From Octopus vulgaris (Eukaryota), in assembly GCA_951406725.2 (NCBI GenBank), contig OX597819.1, positions 103,540,001 to 103,604,000 on the forward strand: a DNA stretch of 64,000 nucleotides, read 5' to 3'. Under the pieces are notes generated by a model. It was not told where the DNA came from. It searched no databases and saw only the letters and a program-made list of their open reading frames with translations. Made by a program: the position numbers and the translations under genes. Of the stretch, positions 14,918-28,177 are shown piece by piece; position 1 is the stretch's first letter; each line of letters begins with the position of its first letter.

Positions 14918-15414
14918 TCCGTAGCATTAGTTTTCGTCACCACTGATGAGCTTTGAAAAAAGGTCTGGATCAATTTCCAACTGTTCTTTCAGTTCACAAC
15001 GCGCACTCAATAGTGATTGCTTTTGATCTTCCGTGAGCAAGCAGGAAACAAATTTTGCTGCAACCCTTTTCATTCACAATTCCTCGCTCAAAATTCATTT
15101 GCAAGAGCTCCGGGACACACCAGTCATATCACAAGTCTATTGTTTGGTGACGGACCTTCAAGATCAGTTCACGAATTGTTGTGATGTTTTCATTCGTTCA
15201 GCAGGTCGACAGTCGTCCTGAATGAGGTTGGTCATCAAGTGACAAGGGACCATTCCTAAAGCGTAACCGTAAACTTGTGTTTTGCTCATGGTAACGTTTT
15301 TGTAAGCTGTTAGAAGCATGACAACTGTTTCGGTCGCCCTTTTCCCCAGAAAACAGAATTTTCCTGCAGAAAACAGAATTTCACGGAAGCACGCTGTTCC
15401 TTCGTTTCAGCCAT
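14918..15414 (-). pseudogene. Mariner transposase remnant (N-terminal half)
   Basis: ATG at 15414: MAETKEQRASVKFCFL..GKRATETVVMLLTAYKNVTMSKTQVY...KRVAAKFVSCLLTEDQKQ...ELKEQLEIDPDLFSKLISGDEN*CYG, covering the HTH, the AKFVP-type linker and the first catalytic D. Frameshifted; the 5' non-coding end probably extends to about 15600. Confidence 0.85.
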
Positions 15415-16284
15415 CGTAAAAATCGAAGATCAAGGGAGAAGCACTGCAAAACAAAGACGCACCCCTTAGCAGCACCACCTCACCAGAGAACGTCGGTCGT
15501 CAGACTGATGCCTGAGGGTCGCATCAAGTGGCTTTTAGTGGATAAAGCCTGAACTACAACAGGCGTATCCCACATATAATGTTTCCGTTTACTTTTGAGT
15601 AATGTGTGTGTGTGTGTGCATGTGTGTGTGCGTGCAAGTGTGTGTGTGTGCACGTGTGTGTGTGTAGCTTGTGTGTGTGTATGTCTATCTATGTGTCCAC
15701 ATTGGTATGTATATATATACATGGGCTTGGCCAGAGCTAGTTACATGCCTTTTATTTCACGGTCCCTCGTTATAAATTGAAAAATTTCACGTCACACTTG
15801 ACCAGACAGTAAAGACACCTATTGCCGTTAAAACATACATTGAACAATACATGTAAACATGTAAGCATTTAAATTTACAGAGCAAGCCAACAGCTACTAT
15901 ATGTGAGTGAATGTACACATACACACATATAAATATATATACATAGATATACAAGCGTGTCATAAGCACACAAACATATGAGTTCGCTTATATATACACA
16001 TACTCATCTTTGTATATGTGTGTGTGTGGGCGCGCACACACAGCAGACACACGCACACACGTACACACATACATATCCGTTTAGTGTTGACTGTCAAGAA
16101 AAAAGAAGTAATCGATATCATAACTGAAATTAATATTTTTTTATCGTGTTTATTTTGGGCGAGTCAGTTTCAGCTGCGGATGTATAGGGTCTTCAGGCAA
16201 GTTACGACATGCACACACGCACGCACACAAACACGCACAAACACACGCATCCGCACACACACACACTCACACACATACATATAT

Positions 16285-16500
16285 AAGAGGGGTTGCTGAA
16301 ATGTTCCTGGCTTTAAGTGTATCGCGAAAGGCCTGGCTGGAGGACCAATTTTCCAAGTTCTTTTACAGGGTTTAGAAACACTGAAGTATTGCTGCAATAA
16401 GTGTGTAAATCTCTTGTCTAAATAAGTCGAATAAAATCATAATTAACTGATCCTCCCGTGTATTCTTTTACCCAAAGCCCGAAGGTTTTCAGAGCCCCCG
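16285..16500 (+). mobile_element. Mariner-derived MITE
   Basis: Imperfect TIRs gagggggttgctgaaatgttcctggcttt / aaagcccgaaggttttcagagcccc; internal remnant of a mariner C-terminus (CCNKCVNL...VE*); a reverse-complement copy lies at 19115-19322. Confidence 0.75.
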
Positions 16501-16519
16501 CTGCAACTCCCCTATATAC

Positions 16520-16760
16520 AAGAATAAGAGACAATCAAGTCATCTGGCGTAACCTATGCATCATTCCTTGGGCACTGATTTTTGCACTATACTGTGCTCT
16601 GTAACTATGATGATATAATCGTGATCTTAAAGTAGTCTACCATTTCCAGATTTCGCTCTGATACGTACAGTGATGGTAGTGAGAGGTTTAAGAAGCTGTT
16701 CGGAAAAATGATACCCACAGTACTGTTTGTACTGCTATTATTCATGTTTTAATGTATAAT
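16520..16760 (-). pseudogene. Possible old LINE (CR1/L2-group) RT fragment
   Basis: Minus-strand TVGIIFPNSFLNLSLPSLYVSERNLEMVDYFK resembles the RT-thumb motif LExVdxFKYLG. Very degraded. Confidence 0.3.
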
Positions 16761-17009
16761 CTTCCCACAATACTGGAAACGCAGTATGGCCTGAAGAACT
16801 CTACCGGGAATGTTGCCTATCTTCACATCTCCAGAAGACATCACATGCCCGTGAAATGAGTTCGTTTGAGGTTTTCTGCTTGGAAATTACAGAGGTACTG
16901 ATTTCAAAATTGGGTTTTCATATATAGTGGCCTTGAATGCCAAGTCAAATCCGTTTCAGTTACATAGCGATTTCACAACAATTTTCCCTCTCTCTCTCCC
17001 TCCCACCTA

Positions 17010-17049
<40 letters not shown>

Positions 17050-17304
17050 TTACACACATACGCTTTGATAAAAGCCTTTCTAACTGTGAGCATGTTCATC
17101 ATCTCATGCAAGGTTGAATATTTAAGCTGCTGGAGCAAAACTTGAGGAAAATTTGGGTGTGATTTCTAATAGACTGAGCAACCTTGTAAAAGTTATTCTG
17201 TTACCTCTTCTTGGTAATTGGCTGCGTAGTGAAGTAAATAGTAAATCACATGTGGGATATTGCTGATGCTGATGATGATGGCGCTGATAATGGTGTGCGT
17301 TTGG

Positions 17305-17370
17305 ATGAAAGTGAACCGATCCCGGGACCATATGGATGGGAAACAAAATTCTTACCACACAGCCACTCCT
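17305..17370 (-). mobile_element. SINE family B head fragment
   Basis: Reverse complement aggagtggctgtgtggtaagaa...ggtcccgggatcgg matches the head at 32480. Confidence 0.6.
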
Positions 17371-17559
17371 AAAACTTATCAATTCAGAACGTTACGTCAG
17401 CGTCTAAGATGATGATGATGATGATGATGATAATGATGATGACGGCGACGGCGAAGATGATGATGACCACCACACCACCACCACGATGATGATGATGATG
17501 ATCATAATGAGTCTCCATAATTTTAGCCCTACTATGTCTCTGACATTGTCTGCCTGTGT

Positions 17560-17601
<42 letters not shown>

Positions 17602-18257
17602 TACAAATATATGCATGTGTGCGTGCATGTGTGTGTATGTGCAGGCGCAAATATGTATATATGTATATACATGTATATATGTATATATGTACAAATGTGT
17701 GCATCTATCTATATATCTGCTTGACTATGTGATCATTGCTGCGTTTTCCCTCGTTGGTGTTCATCACCCTGCCTCTCCCTGTATTTGTCTTAGAGTCACT
17801 CTCCCTCCAATTCCATATCTCCAACCACTTCTTTCTCCATTCACTCCCCTTCACACCAATCCTCTGTCAACATTGTCATCATTCAAATCACGTTGAATCA
17901 AATGCTTGCATTGCCCATGTTGGACATTAATTACATACACGTATCTCACATATAAACAAACTTACGTATGCAGGCACTCAACTCATACGTATATAGTCAC
18001 ATATATAGAAACAAAAAACGTATACTCGCAGATACATATAGAGAAATATACACACAAAATCATACATACAAGCATACATACATGCATACATGCATACATG
18101 CATGCATACATATATACATACATACATACATAAATACATACATACATACATATTTACATACATACATGCATACATACATACATACATACATACATACATA
18201 CATACATACATACATACATACATGCATATATATGCACTTACATACAAATAGAAAGAC

Positions 18258-18580
18258 AGGAACTCCGTTGGCTACGAAGAAAAGTGTTCCATTTGATCCG
18301 TTTAACAGAACAGTCTGCTCGTGAATTCCACGTCCAAGTGGCTGAGTATTCCACAGACATGCGTACTCTCAAAGTAGTTCTCGGAGAGATTCAGCTTGAT
18401 GGAGAATATGACAAGGCTGGTCATTTGAATTACAGGTACAACTCATTTTTCTCGGTTCAGTGGACTGGGACGTCGTTAATTAAAATATCTTGCTGAAGGA
18501 AACATCGCCCTCCCAGGAATCGACCTCACGACTTTACGGTCATGAGCCGAATACCATAACCACTATGACACGCACCTCCA
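18258..18580 (-). mobile_element. tRNA-derived SINE family C
   Basis: Reverse complement has a tRNA-like head (tagtggttatggtattcggctcatgacc...gtcgattcc) and the body gctgaatctctccgagaactac...cagccacttg; homologous to 43139-43440. Confidence 0.75.
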
Positions 18581-18628
18581 CACATATACATACATACAGA
18601 CATACATACGGACATTAATACATACCTT

Positions 18629-18660
<32 letters not shown>

Positions 18661-18829
18661 CATACATACATAGATACATACACAAATACAAGGATACACC
18701 AATACATACAAACATAGAGACATATTTACAGACATGCATACATACATGCGTAAATACATACATATATACATACAGAATGCATACATACAAACATAACTAC
18801 ATACATATATACATACATACATACATACA

Positions 18830-18863
<34 letters not shown>

Positions 18864-19114
18864 CATTCATACAGACATAAATACATACATTCATACATAC
18901 ATGCATGCATACATATATACATGTATTCAAATTTACATGCATACATACATATATACAGACAGACATATCTACTTACATACTGTAAACGCATAAATATACA
19001 TATACGCACATGCATCTCAGAACTAATCTGACGTGTGTACATACACATTTCTAAAAACATTCGCAAGTACACTTTTACAATTATGTAGATACATACGCAC
19101 ACACTTAGGCATAT

Positions 19115-19322
19115 ATGAGGGAATGCTAAAAAGTTCCTGACTTTGGGTAAAAGAAAATACAGGAAGATCAATCAACTATGATTTGGTTCAACACGTTCTC
19201 CTCTCTGAATCACACAGATATCGCAACGGTCCTTCATTTCTTCTAAGACTTGTAAAAGCACTCCGAATGTTTTGGGCCTCCAGCCAGGCCTTTTGCGATA
19301 CCCTTAAAGCCAGAGACGTTTT
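19115..19322 (-). mobile_element. Mariner-derived MITE, second copy
   Basis: Reverse-complement homology to 16285-16500 (ctttgggtaaaagaa; cctccagccaggcctt; cttaaagccag). Confidence 0.75.
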
Positions 19323-19333
19323 ATGTGTGTGTG

Positions 19334-19391
<58 letters not shown>

Positions 19392-19662
19392 CGTGTGTGC
19401 GTGTACCTACAAAGTGCGTGTGTCATCCATGTCTGCTTGCTAGTAGGTGTACTATCATATGTACGAACACTTACATGCATTCCTCTCACATATACAGAAA
19501 TATAAGCCTGTAGAAACACACTTATGGACATATATATTAGCATATACGTGAACACATATGCAGATTCATTTATGCACACTTACATGCATATTTTCACTCA
19601 TATATACGCACATGCATGTTTTTATATATGGTTAATATGGATTCTCACAAAGATGAATATAT

Positions 19663-19734
<72 letters not shown>

Positions 19735-20162
19735 GCATATGTACAAGAACGCACAAACACAGACACATGCAAATATACGTACATAAACATACACACATAC
19801 GAAGCTCATCGTTGACTTTTGTTACGAAAGTTTTTTAGCAAAAAAAAACATCTCAAAATAAACATGTCATTAAATGTTTAATAATTAAAAGAGTTAATTT
19901 GGAATTAGCTAATCCAGAATTAAAAATATACCACGTTTAAACATGCCATTAAAGGAACATTTCCCTTGAGGATGTTAAACATGGCTGGTCTATTCAGTTG
20001 TTAAATCTGTACGAATTTCTCTGGAAAAAAAAATTCTGCTGAAGTGATTGACATTTATAAACTACTAGAAAATCCGAAATTCTTTCCAAAAATCTCAGAT
20101 TAATTATTTTTATTAGAATTTTTCTGATAGTTAATTTCATCACTGTAAATTTAAAATTATCA

Positions 20163-20910
20163 AGGCCTGGCTGAGTGGCAAAGAAACTCGCTTTGCAACC
20201 ACGTGGTCTCGGTACTCTGGGCACGTGCCTTCTAATTTATTCTTAGTTTAACTAATGTGCTGTGCGTGAATTCGCCAAATTGTGGTAGTTTGTCGAGTAT
20301 ATGTACACACACGCACAAACACACACAAACGGACAATCACACACACACACACATATATATGTGTGTATATATGTGTGAAAATATATATATATATATATAT
20401 ATATAAATAATGTATAAGTGTGCCTTTTGTTCGTCACCCCATGGACAGACACCCGGTCTGGGCGTGTTAACGTCTCGTAAGTTAGTCCTTTGTGAATATG
20501 AGCAATGAAATAAGCACAAGACTTAAAATTATGAATAATGGTGTCAATCTGTTTGACCAGTGGTCCCCAAACTTTAGGGCTGCCACTCCCTTGGAATACA
20601 GGCCACATTCCTAGCCTCTACCCTTACCACCACAAACGTGGACCATTTTCTGCATGAACTTCAGAATAACTGTATTTCTCAAATAAAACTTAACCTAATT
20701 AACCCATTATTTTGTTGCTTTTAATCCATTGCCCCCAATTGGCCACTCCATCATCACCCCTCACTTTTCTTTAGCACCCCACTGGATCTTTTCACCGCCC
20801 CCAGAGAGGCAGTACCTCCCACTTTGGGAATTTCTGTGCTAGACTAAATCCTTAAGATGGTACCGCAGTATGGTTGCAGTCCAATGAGTGAACAAGTGAA
20901 AAGATAAAAA
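20163..20910 (+). mobile_element. Degenerate SINE family B interrupted by a hAT MITE
   Basis: Head tggctgagtggcaaagaaactcgct; the 3' part resumes after the MITE as gactaaatcc...gcagtatggttgcagtccaatgagtgaacaagtg. Confidence 0.65.
20558..20836. mobile_element. hAT (Charlie-like) MITE
   Basis: Termini CAGtggtccccaaact / actttgggaatttCTG form imperfect TIRs; 8-bp TSD tgtttgac / tgctagac (6 of 8 match); it interrupts a SINE. Confidence 0.7.
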
Positions 20911-20999
20911 TATATGCAGCATATCGTGTGAAAGACGTCAAATTGCGTTTTGTGATAATACTGCAGCATAGAACCTTAGATATTTGAAGTATGTATGGA

Positions 21000-22250
21000 G
21001 TTACCTCTTAGTAACTGCGGCTCCTAGGTGCGCTATGACGCAGTATGTTATGATAGAACTTGTCACAGGCTCCAGTCATGTCACATAACATAAAATGATC
21101 CTGTGTCAAAGAAATAGGTCACATAACACAAAATGGTCCTGTGGCTAAGGCTGTGGCTATATGTGTTATTTCCGAATAGAAATACATCAAACAAGTCCAC
21201 TGGTGTGTAGACATGCCCAAATATCTTAATAATGTCTAAGGTGGACAGATTCAAATTGATTGTTCATTGATATCCATATAGTTATGAACAAGTCACTAAA
21301 CAGCGTACTCCGATAAGGATCAAGTTCAGAAGTTCATAAGTTTAGGGGAAAATGGAGAGGAACCTAACCGTTAACCACCATCACTCTTAGGTCTGTCATG
21401 GCATAAGGTAGTAGTACACGTCTCATACCTAAGTTATGTGTCAATAACAGAATTTGGTCTTTTGGCTATGACATACTTGACTTCAAGATTTCATTAATTT
21501 TTCTATTTATTTATATTTAGTCCATTTATTTATGCTGAATTTAGCTCTTACATTTATTGTCATTTTTGCATGCTTTTCAGAAAATTTATGCGGTTTTCTC
21601 AACATGGCTGTGGAGCAGGAAGTGCGAGCCCTGGAAGGGGCAATGCTACCAAAGGTAGTGCTAACTGGACAGAAGCTGGGATTTGATCAACCCTAGTTGG
21701 GTCACCTCGGTGACAGTTTCTGATGTTTAAAAACTCGAAATACTCAATGACCGCAAGAAACATCACTTGATTATGTGTCCAGGTGCATCATAGGATGACG
21801 TACGGAGAAAGCTACATTTCATGTGTAAACAATGTGTTAACAATCATATTTCGTGCATGTAGTAATATTTTCAGTGTGTAGTGTAAAATTTTGTGTTACC
21901 TATTATGTTTATTACGTATAATCATATTCAGATTCTGTTTTATTTTATGTCTTTTGTACCTTTGTTGTATTAAGCTATATTGCGTCTTCTTATATTTGCT
22001 GTATGTGTCTTCAATATATTCCGTGCGTACTTTTGTCAGATTTCATGTGCTTAGTCACCATAGGTCTAATATGTATACCTCTACTTTTATGCCTATTTTC
22101 CGTTGCATTTCCAGTGTCCAATTGTAGTTATGTGTTTCTGTATGTGCTTATTCTATCATATATATTGTGTATATCACTCTTATATTCCTTCACTAATATA
22201 TTCTGTGTGTTTTATAAAATAAAAGGTAACGCGAGACATTTCACCGTTTT
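21000..22250 (+). mobile_element. Possible degraded DNA transposon (piggyBac-like?)
   Basis: A roughly 38-bp tandem duplication at 21080-21145 and a Cys-rich fragment RRKLHFMCKQC near 21802-21835 resembling the piggyBac C-terminal domain. No TTAA or TIR confirmed; boundaries are guesses. Confidence 0.25.
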
Positions 22251-22960
22251 AGATATATATACTTTCCTTTCATTAACAACAATACTTCTTGATGTTAAAT
22301 CAATGTTTATGCTGTTATAGATATTGTACTTAACGATTTTCATTGTTGTTGTTGCTATTGCTGTTACTGTTGTTGTGTATAAATTAATGTTATGGTTGTT
22401 GGTGGTGCTGTTGGTATTGATGTTGTTGCTACAGCTGCTGGAATCGCCTCAGTGCAATACTCAAAAGACATTCTTCCTTCGATACATTATTTTTTCTCGC
22501 ATGTTCGATCTTTATTTCGCACCTTCATCAAAGTTTTAAGCTTACCCTAGCAACATCACACTTTGTAACAAAGATCATGAAAAGAACAGTTAAAAAAAAG
22601 AATAAAACAACGAAAAAGAAAAAAAACAACTTCATACGAAAATCAGTTACAGAAAACATAAAAGAAAACCTCAACAGAATCACGTGCTTACAAGCGCATG
22701 CGTAAACTATTTCGTACAAGGACGTATAGAACATAGATACACCAAAGGCATTCATATATATGCAAGAAAACATTTCTGTGTGTGACTGTGCATGGAAGTG
22801 CGTATGTATGTATGTATGTATGTATGTATGTATGTATGTATGTATGTATGTATGTATGTATCTATGTATATGTATGTATGTGTGTGCGTGTATATATATG
22901 TATATATGTATGTATGTATATATATGTATATATATGTGTGTGAGTCTATATATATATTTG

Positions 22961-22991
<31 letters not shown>

Positions 22992-23080
22992 ATACGTGTG
23001 TATATGTGTATATGTATATGTGTGTATATGTGTGTATATATATATATTGAGAGAGAGAGGGAGAAATAAATAAATAGATG

Positions 23081-23169
<89 letters not shown>

Positions 23170-23309
23170 GCACTTACATCGTATGGTGTAGATCTGGATG
23201 TTCACTCTCTTAGCTTGGGTATTTGGTTAATGACAGAGACGGAAGTATGTATATGTGTGTCTGTTCGTTTCCCCATCATGGCTTTGACACCGATGTTAAT
23301 GTTTAACAT

Positions 23310-23339
<30 letters not shown>

Positions 23340-23344
<5 letters not shown>

Positions 23345-23661
23345 TTATTCTCTTATTCATTTCAGTCATTTGAACAAATCCACACCAAGACATATTCATT
23401 GGAAGACTAGTACTTATTCTATCGTTCTCTTTCACCGAACCGCTATTTTTTCGGCGACGGAAACACATTCACATCGGTGTCAAAGCCATGATGGGGAAAC
23501 GAACAGACACACATATACATACGTATATACGATGGGCTTCTTTCAGTTTCTGTCTACTAAATCCACTCACACGGTTTTGGTCGATCCGAGGGTATAGTAG
23601 AAGGCACTTACCCAAGGTGCCACGCAATCCGATTGAACCAGGGAACCATGAGGTTGGGAAG

Positions 23662-23665
<4 letters not shown>
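23340..23665 (-). mobile_element. SINE family B
   Basis: gatgggcttctttcagtttctgtctactaaatccactcac...tatagtagaaggcacttacccaaggtgccacgca is the reverse complement of the family B body. Confidence 0.85.
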
Positions 23666-23725
<60 letters not shown>

Positions 23726-23893
23726 ATATTAAATTCAAATTACGATGAACGTATACAAACAAACGAAGTTTGCTTTAGAGGCGTTAAGAAGTCTTAGAAA
23801 GTTAAAGAAATGATTTTAAATTCTCAAACGCAGGATGATACTAATAAAATACCCTAAACAGGATAAGCTACCCCTATTTTGCAGAAAAATTGT

Positions 23894-23957
23894 TGGCGAC
23901 CGGCTATGCGACTCGAACTCACACCTCCGAGATTACGCGTCGCGGTGCTCTGAACAC
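23894..23957 (-). pseudogene. 5'-truncated tRNA-like sequence ending in CCA
   Basis: Reverse complement gtgttcagagcaccgcgacgcgtaatctcggaggtgtgagttcgagtcgcatagccggtcgCCA has B-box GTTCGAGTC and is followed by a T5 run. Confidence 0.45.
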
Positions 23958-23995
23958 ATATATATTTATATCCTATACGTCTGTGTATGTATATA

Positions 23996-24076
<81 letters not shown>

Positions 24077-24090
24077 ACATATATATACAT

Positions 24091-24139
<49 letters not shown>

Positions 24140-24269
24140 GGTATATGTATATATTATATATATGTATGTGTTTATATACATATACACACATTATAAATAT
24201 ATTTAGATATAGATTTATATGTATGTCTATATATGTGTGTGTATGTGTGTACGTGTGAGTGTATTATCT

Positions 24270-24590
24270 TTTACCTTTTACTCTTTACATTCACACCAAA
24301 GCCTTCCTTAGACACGACCTTGAAACGTTTAGTCGAACAACTCGACCCCAGTATATTTTCCTAACCCTGGTATATATCCTGTCCCTGTTTATGCCGAACT
24401 GCTAAAGTACCACGAGGATTTATTTTTTATTTCTAACAATTCCACTAACAATGCATCAGTCGGTATGGTTCTTTAACAGAATACACCTGCACAAGGTGCT
24501 ACGCAGTGAGTTCCACTCGAAACTACATACCACACAACCACCTGCGGTTGTATAGCGACGTTTGCCATTTTAACCATCCTTGCCCCTATA
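24270..24590 (-). mobile_element. Degenerate SINE family B
   Basis: tttagtcgaacaactcgaccccag, gccgaactgctaaag and acctgcacaaggtgctacgcagtg match family B on the minus strand. Confidence 0.55.
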
Positions 24591-24689
24591 CCTACATACA
24601 TACATACATACACACATACATACGTATATACATATATGCATATGTATAAATGCATACATACACACATATATAAACGTACATAATACATT

Positions 24690-24739
<50 letters not shown>

Positions 24740-25098
24740 ACTCTTGGTGGATGTGCGTGTCGCACAATTAATTTCATATCAGGGAACTACGGGCACATAA
24801 GGGAGTCTTAAACGCTTGGTCAAATGATGCTAAATATCATACATAAATTTCTCTGAAATTGCACTCATTGTACACACAAGATAGTCATATATAAAATACG
24901 AGTGATCATAGGGTTACTTATTCAAAGTTCACCTAGGGTTAAACAACTACAACAACAATAACAACGACAACAATGCATATTTCACGTGAGTTCCTGCGCG
25001 TTTGTTCTCACAGACACACATAAACATATATAGGTGTGTGAGCGTAGCAACATATACATATATGTGTGTGTGTATGTATACATATATATATATATATT

Positions 25099-25130
<32 letters not shown>

Positions 25131-25277
25131 TGTATAAATATATACATATATACATGTATACATATAGTAAAGGGGCTTTCAAATCATGGTGTGCTTACGT
25201 ATATACATTTACATATATTTGTATATATATACACGCATATAATAAAGGGAACATTTAAGTCACGGTGTGTGTATACG

Positions 25278-25309
<32 letters not shown>

Positions 25310-25519
25310 CGCACACACACACACCGTGACTTAAAATCCCTTTAGTGTGACGTGTGTATGTATATGTATATGTGTGTGTGCGCGCATTCATATATGTATA
25401 TACATATATTTACTTTAATTCTTACATTTAAAATTTTCTACGTTCACGTCTACAAACATATACACATGCACACACACACACACACACATACATACATACA
25501 TACATACATACATACAAAC

Positions 25520-25550
<31 letters not shown>

Positions 25551-25929
25551 CATATAAATGTGTGTGTATATATGTATATATACATATCTATATACGTACA
25601 AGTATATATACACACATACATGTACACATCCATTACCAGGGTAAGTAAACACTTAATACACAATATATTCAGCAAAGTTTAAAAGCCAATCAATTTAGTC
25701 AGTCATTGATCAATGGTCAAAAACAAACGATCAAACCCTGCACAACATCGCAAGTATCTGAAGAGTTGTTTGAATGTAAAACGCGTAAAATATACTGCAC
25801 GCTTCCCCCGCCATTTTTATACCTTAACAACTTTTCCTTTTTATATTTCCTCTGTCGCGGCCATCTTGCTCTACATCTTGCTCGCTCTGTATATCTTTCC
25901 TACTCGCTCCATCCCTCTCTTTTTCTTTC

Positions 25930-25965
<36 letters not shown>

Positions 25966-26370
25966 TTTCTCTCTTGCTCTCTCCCTCTCTCTTATTTCTT
26001 CAATGCCTATCTATCTTCCTATCTTTCACTTTGTTCTGCAATTTGTTCAGTTCCTTTTTACTTGTGTTTCTCAACCCCCACCCCACCCCCACCCTGTACA
26101 CTCGACCCTAATAATGTGTACCTACCTGTAACGAAATGATCGAAACGTACATTTACATATACTGTGAAATACTCTATTAAATACATAGATATACGTACGT
26201 ATACATTATCGGACAAAATCCACACATATTTATAAGTACATGTGTGCATATATTCATTTATGTTTGCGTATGTTTTTAAGCACATAAATATACTATAATA
26301 TATATATACACACACACACATACATACATACATACATGTATACATACATACATACATGTGTACATACATA

Positions 26371-26411
<41 letters not shown>

Positions 26412-26758
26412 ATATATGGTGGAAATCACGACTTCAATTCACCACCCTCTTTGTTTCAAGACACTCGTTCATTCTCAAAAAACATTTTGTCATCGTCTTA
26501 TCCTCTTTAAGTAACTCCTCTCTCTCTTCCTCTTCTTCTCTCTATCTTTCTTTCTCTCTTTCTCTCTCTTTCTTCTTCCTCTCTATTTCTGTCGTTTTAA
26601 AGCACGCGTATACACATATTTGTGTTATAAGTGTATATGAATGTATGTGCGTCCGTATATAAAAATACCATTTCAAATTCCACCACATTAATAAGTTTCG
26701 CTCTATCGATATATCACTTTAACTTCATTGTCTCTTTCATTCTTTCTCTTTCTCCTGC

Positions 26759-26801
<43 letters not shown>

Positions 26802-27726
26802 CACTAAGTCTCTATTATCTTCTTTGTTTCTTTCTCTGTTGCTGTCCACCTCTCCTTCATGCCTCTCCCCTCTTCCTTATTTATACATTTCTATTTTATG
26901 ACTAATAACGTGGAACATCTTACTTTTCCTTCATCTTATTTTCATGTACCTACATGTGTGTGCAAACGTCAGAATGAGTGTACTCATATACATTTTTCTA
27001 CGGTTATATGTGTGTGTATGTCAATACACGGCTATATGTGTATGTGAGCGTGTACGTGTGTATGTGCGTATGTGTGTGTGTGTATGTACGGATGTATGTG
27101 TGTATGTATGTATGCATGCATGTATATATGTATGTTTCTATATAAAATGTTTGTCTATGTGTCTGAGAAAGAGAGAGAGAGAGAGAGTGAAAGAAAGAAA
27201 GAAAGAAAGAAAGAAAGGAAGGAAGAAAGAAAGACAGAGACGGTGTACCTTTAATTTCAGAACTATAACAGTGGATTGGCGCGATTACATTTGCATATAA
27301 AGTGGTACCAGGTTTTCCTACGATAATTTCCATTATGAAACAAGATGGCCGAAAACATGAAAGGTTGGTATTCAGTCTCGGCTATATTTCCCTTCCTCCA
27401 CTCTGTAGAGAGGTAGGTAGCTACACAGACGGTTTGTTGCATGGATGGAGGAGAGGGTAGATGTCTTTGAGAACGTACGGTGTTTCTCCGGCTGGCTGCC
27501 AGGCTCGCTGGTTGGCTATGCTCCGCTGATGGGAAGGTCAATAGTCGGTAGATAGGGAGAGAGGAGGTGTAAGGAGAACGGTTTTTACGTTCGATGTTTG
27601 ATAGCAATGACTAACCGATCGAAAAACCTCCGACCAATATAGAAAAAATAAAAAAAAGTGTCGACCGAATAAGTGACAACGAACGACAAGTAGAACAAAC
27701 GTAGATGTAAGAAATTAGAATAGATT

Positions 27727-27782
<56 letters not shown>

Positions 27783-27941
27783 GAATGTGTAACTGTAGGC
27801 ATGTATATGCTTAAGGATGTATGTATGTGTGCATGTGTTTATGTGTGCGTTTATATTGGTATGTAATATATAACTGAGACTACATTTAAAACGTGCACAA
27901 GTGCCACACACGTACACAACACAATAATGTATGCATATATT

Positions 27942-27999
<58 letters not shown>

Positions 28000-28103
28000 A
28001 ACACACATACGTAAAAACATACACATGCGCATAGAGGAACGCACAGGAGCGAACACTTAAAATCGTATGTGTGTACGTGTGTACAACAGCGTATATATGT
28101 ATG

Positions 28104-28177
<74 letters not shown>

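Noticed and set aside
14943-14958. CTGATGA gcttt GAAA resembling a hammerhead core
   Set aside because: There is no stem II, I or III, and it is the antisense of mariner coding sequence (FSKLISG).
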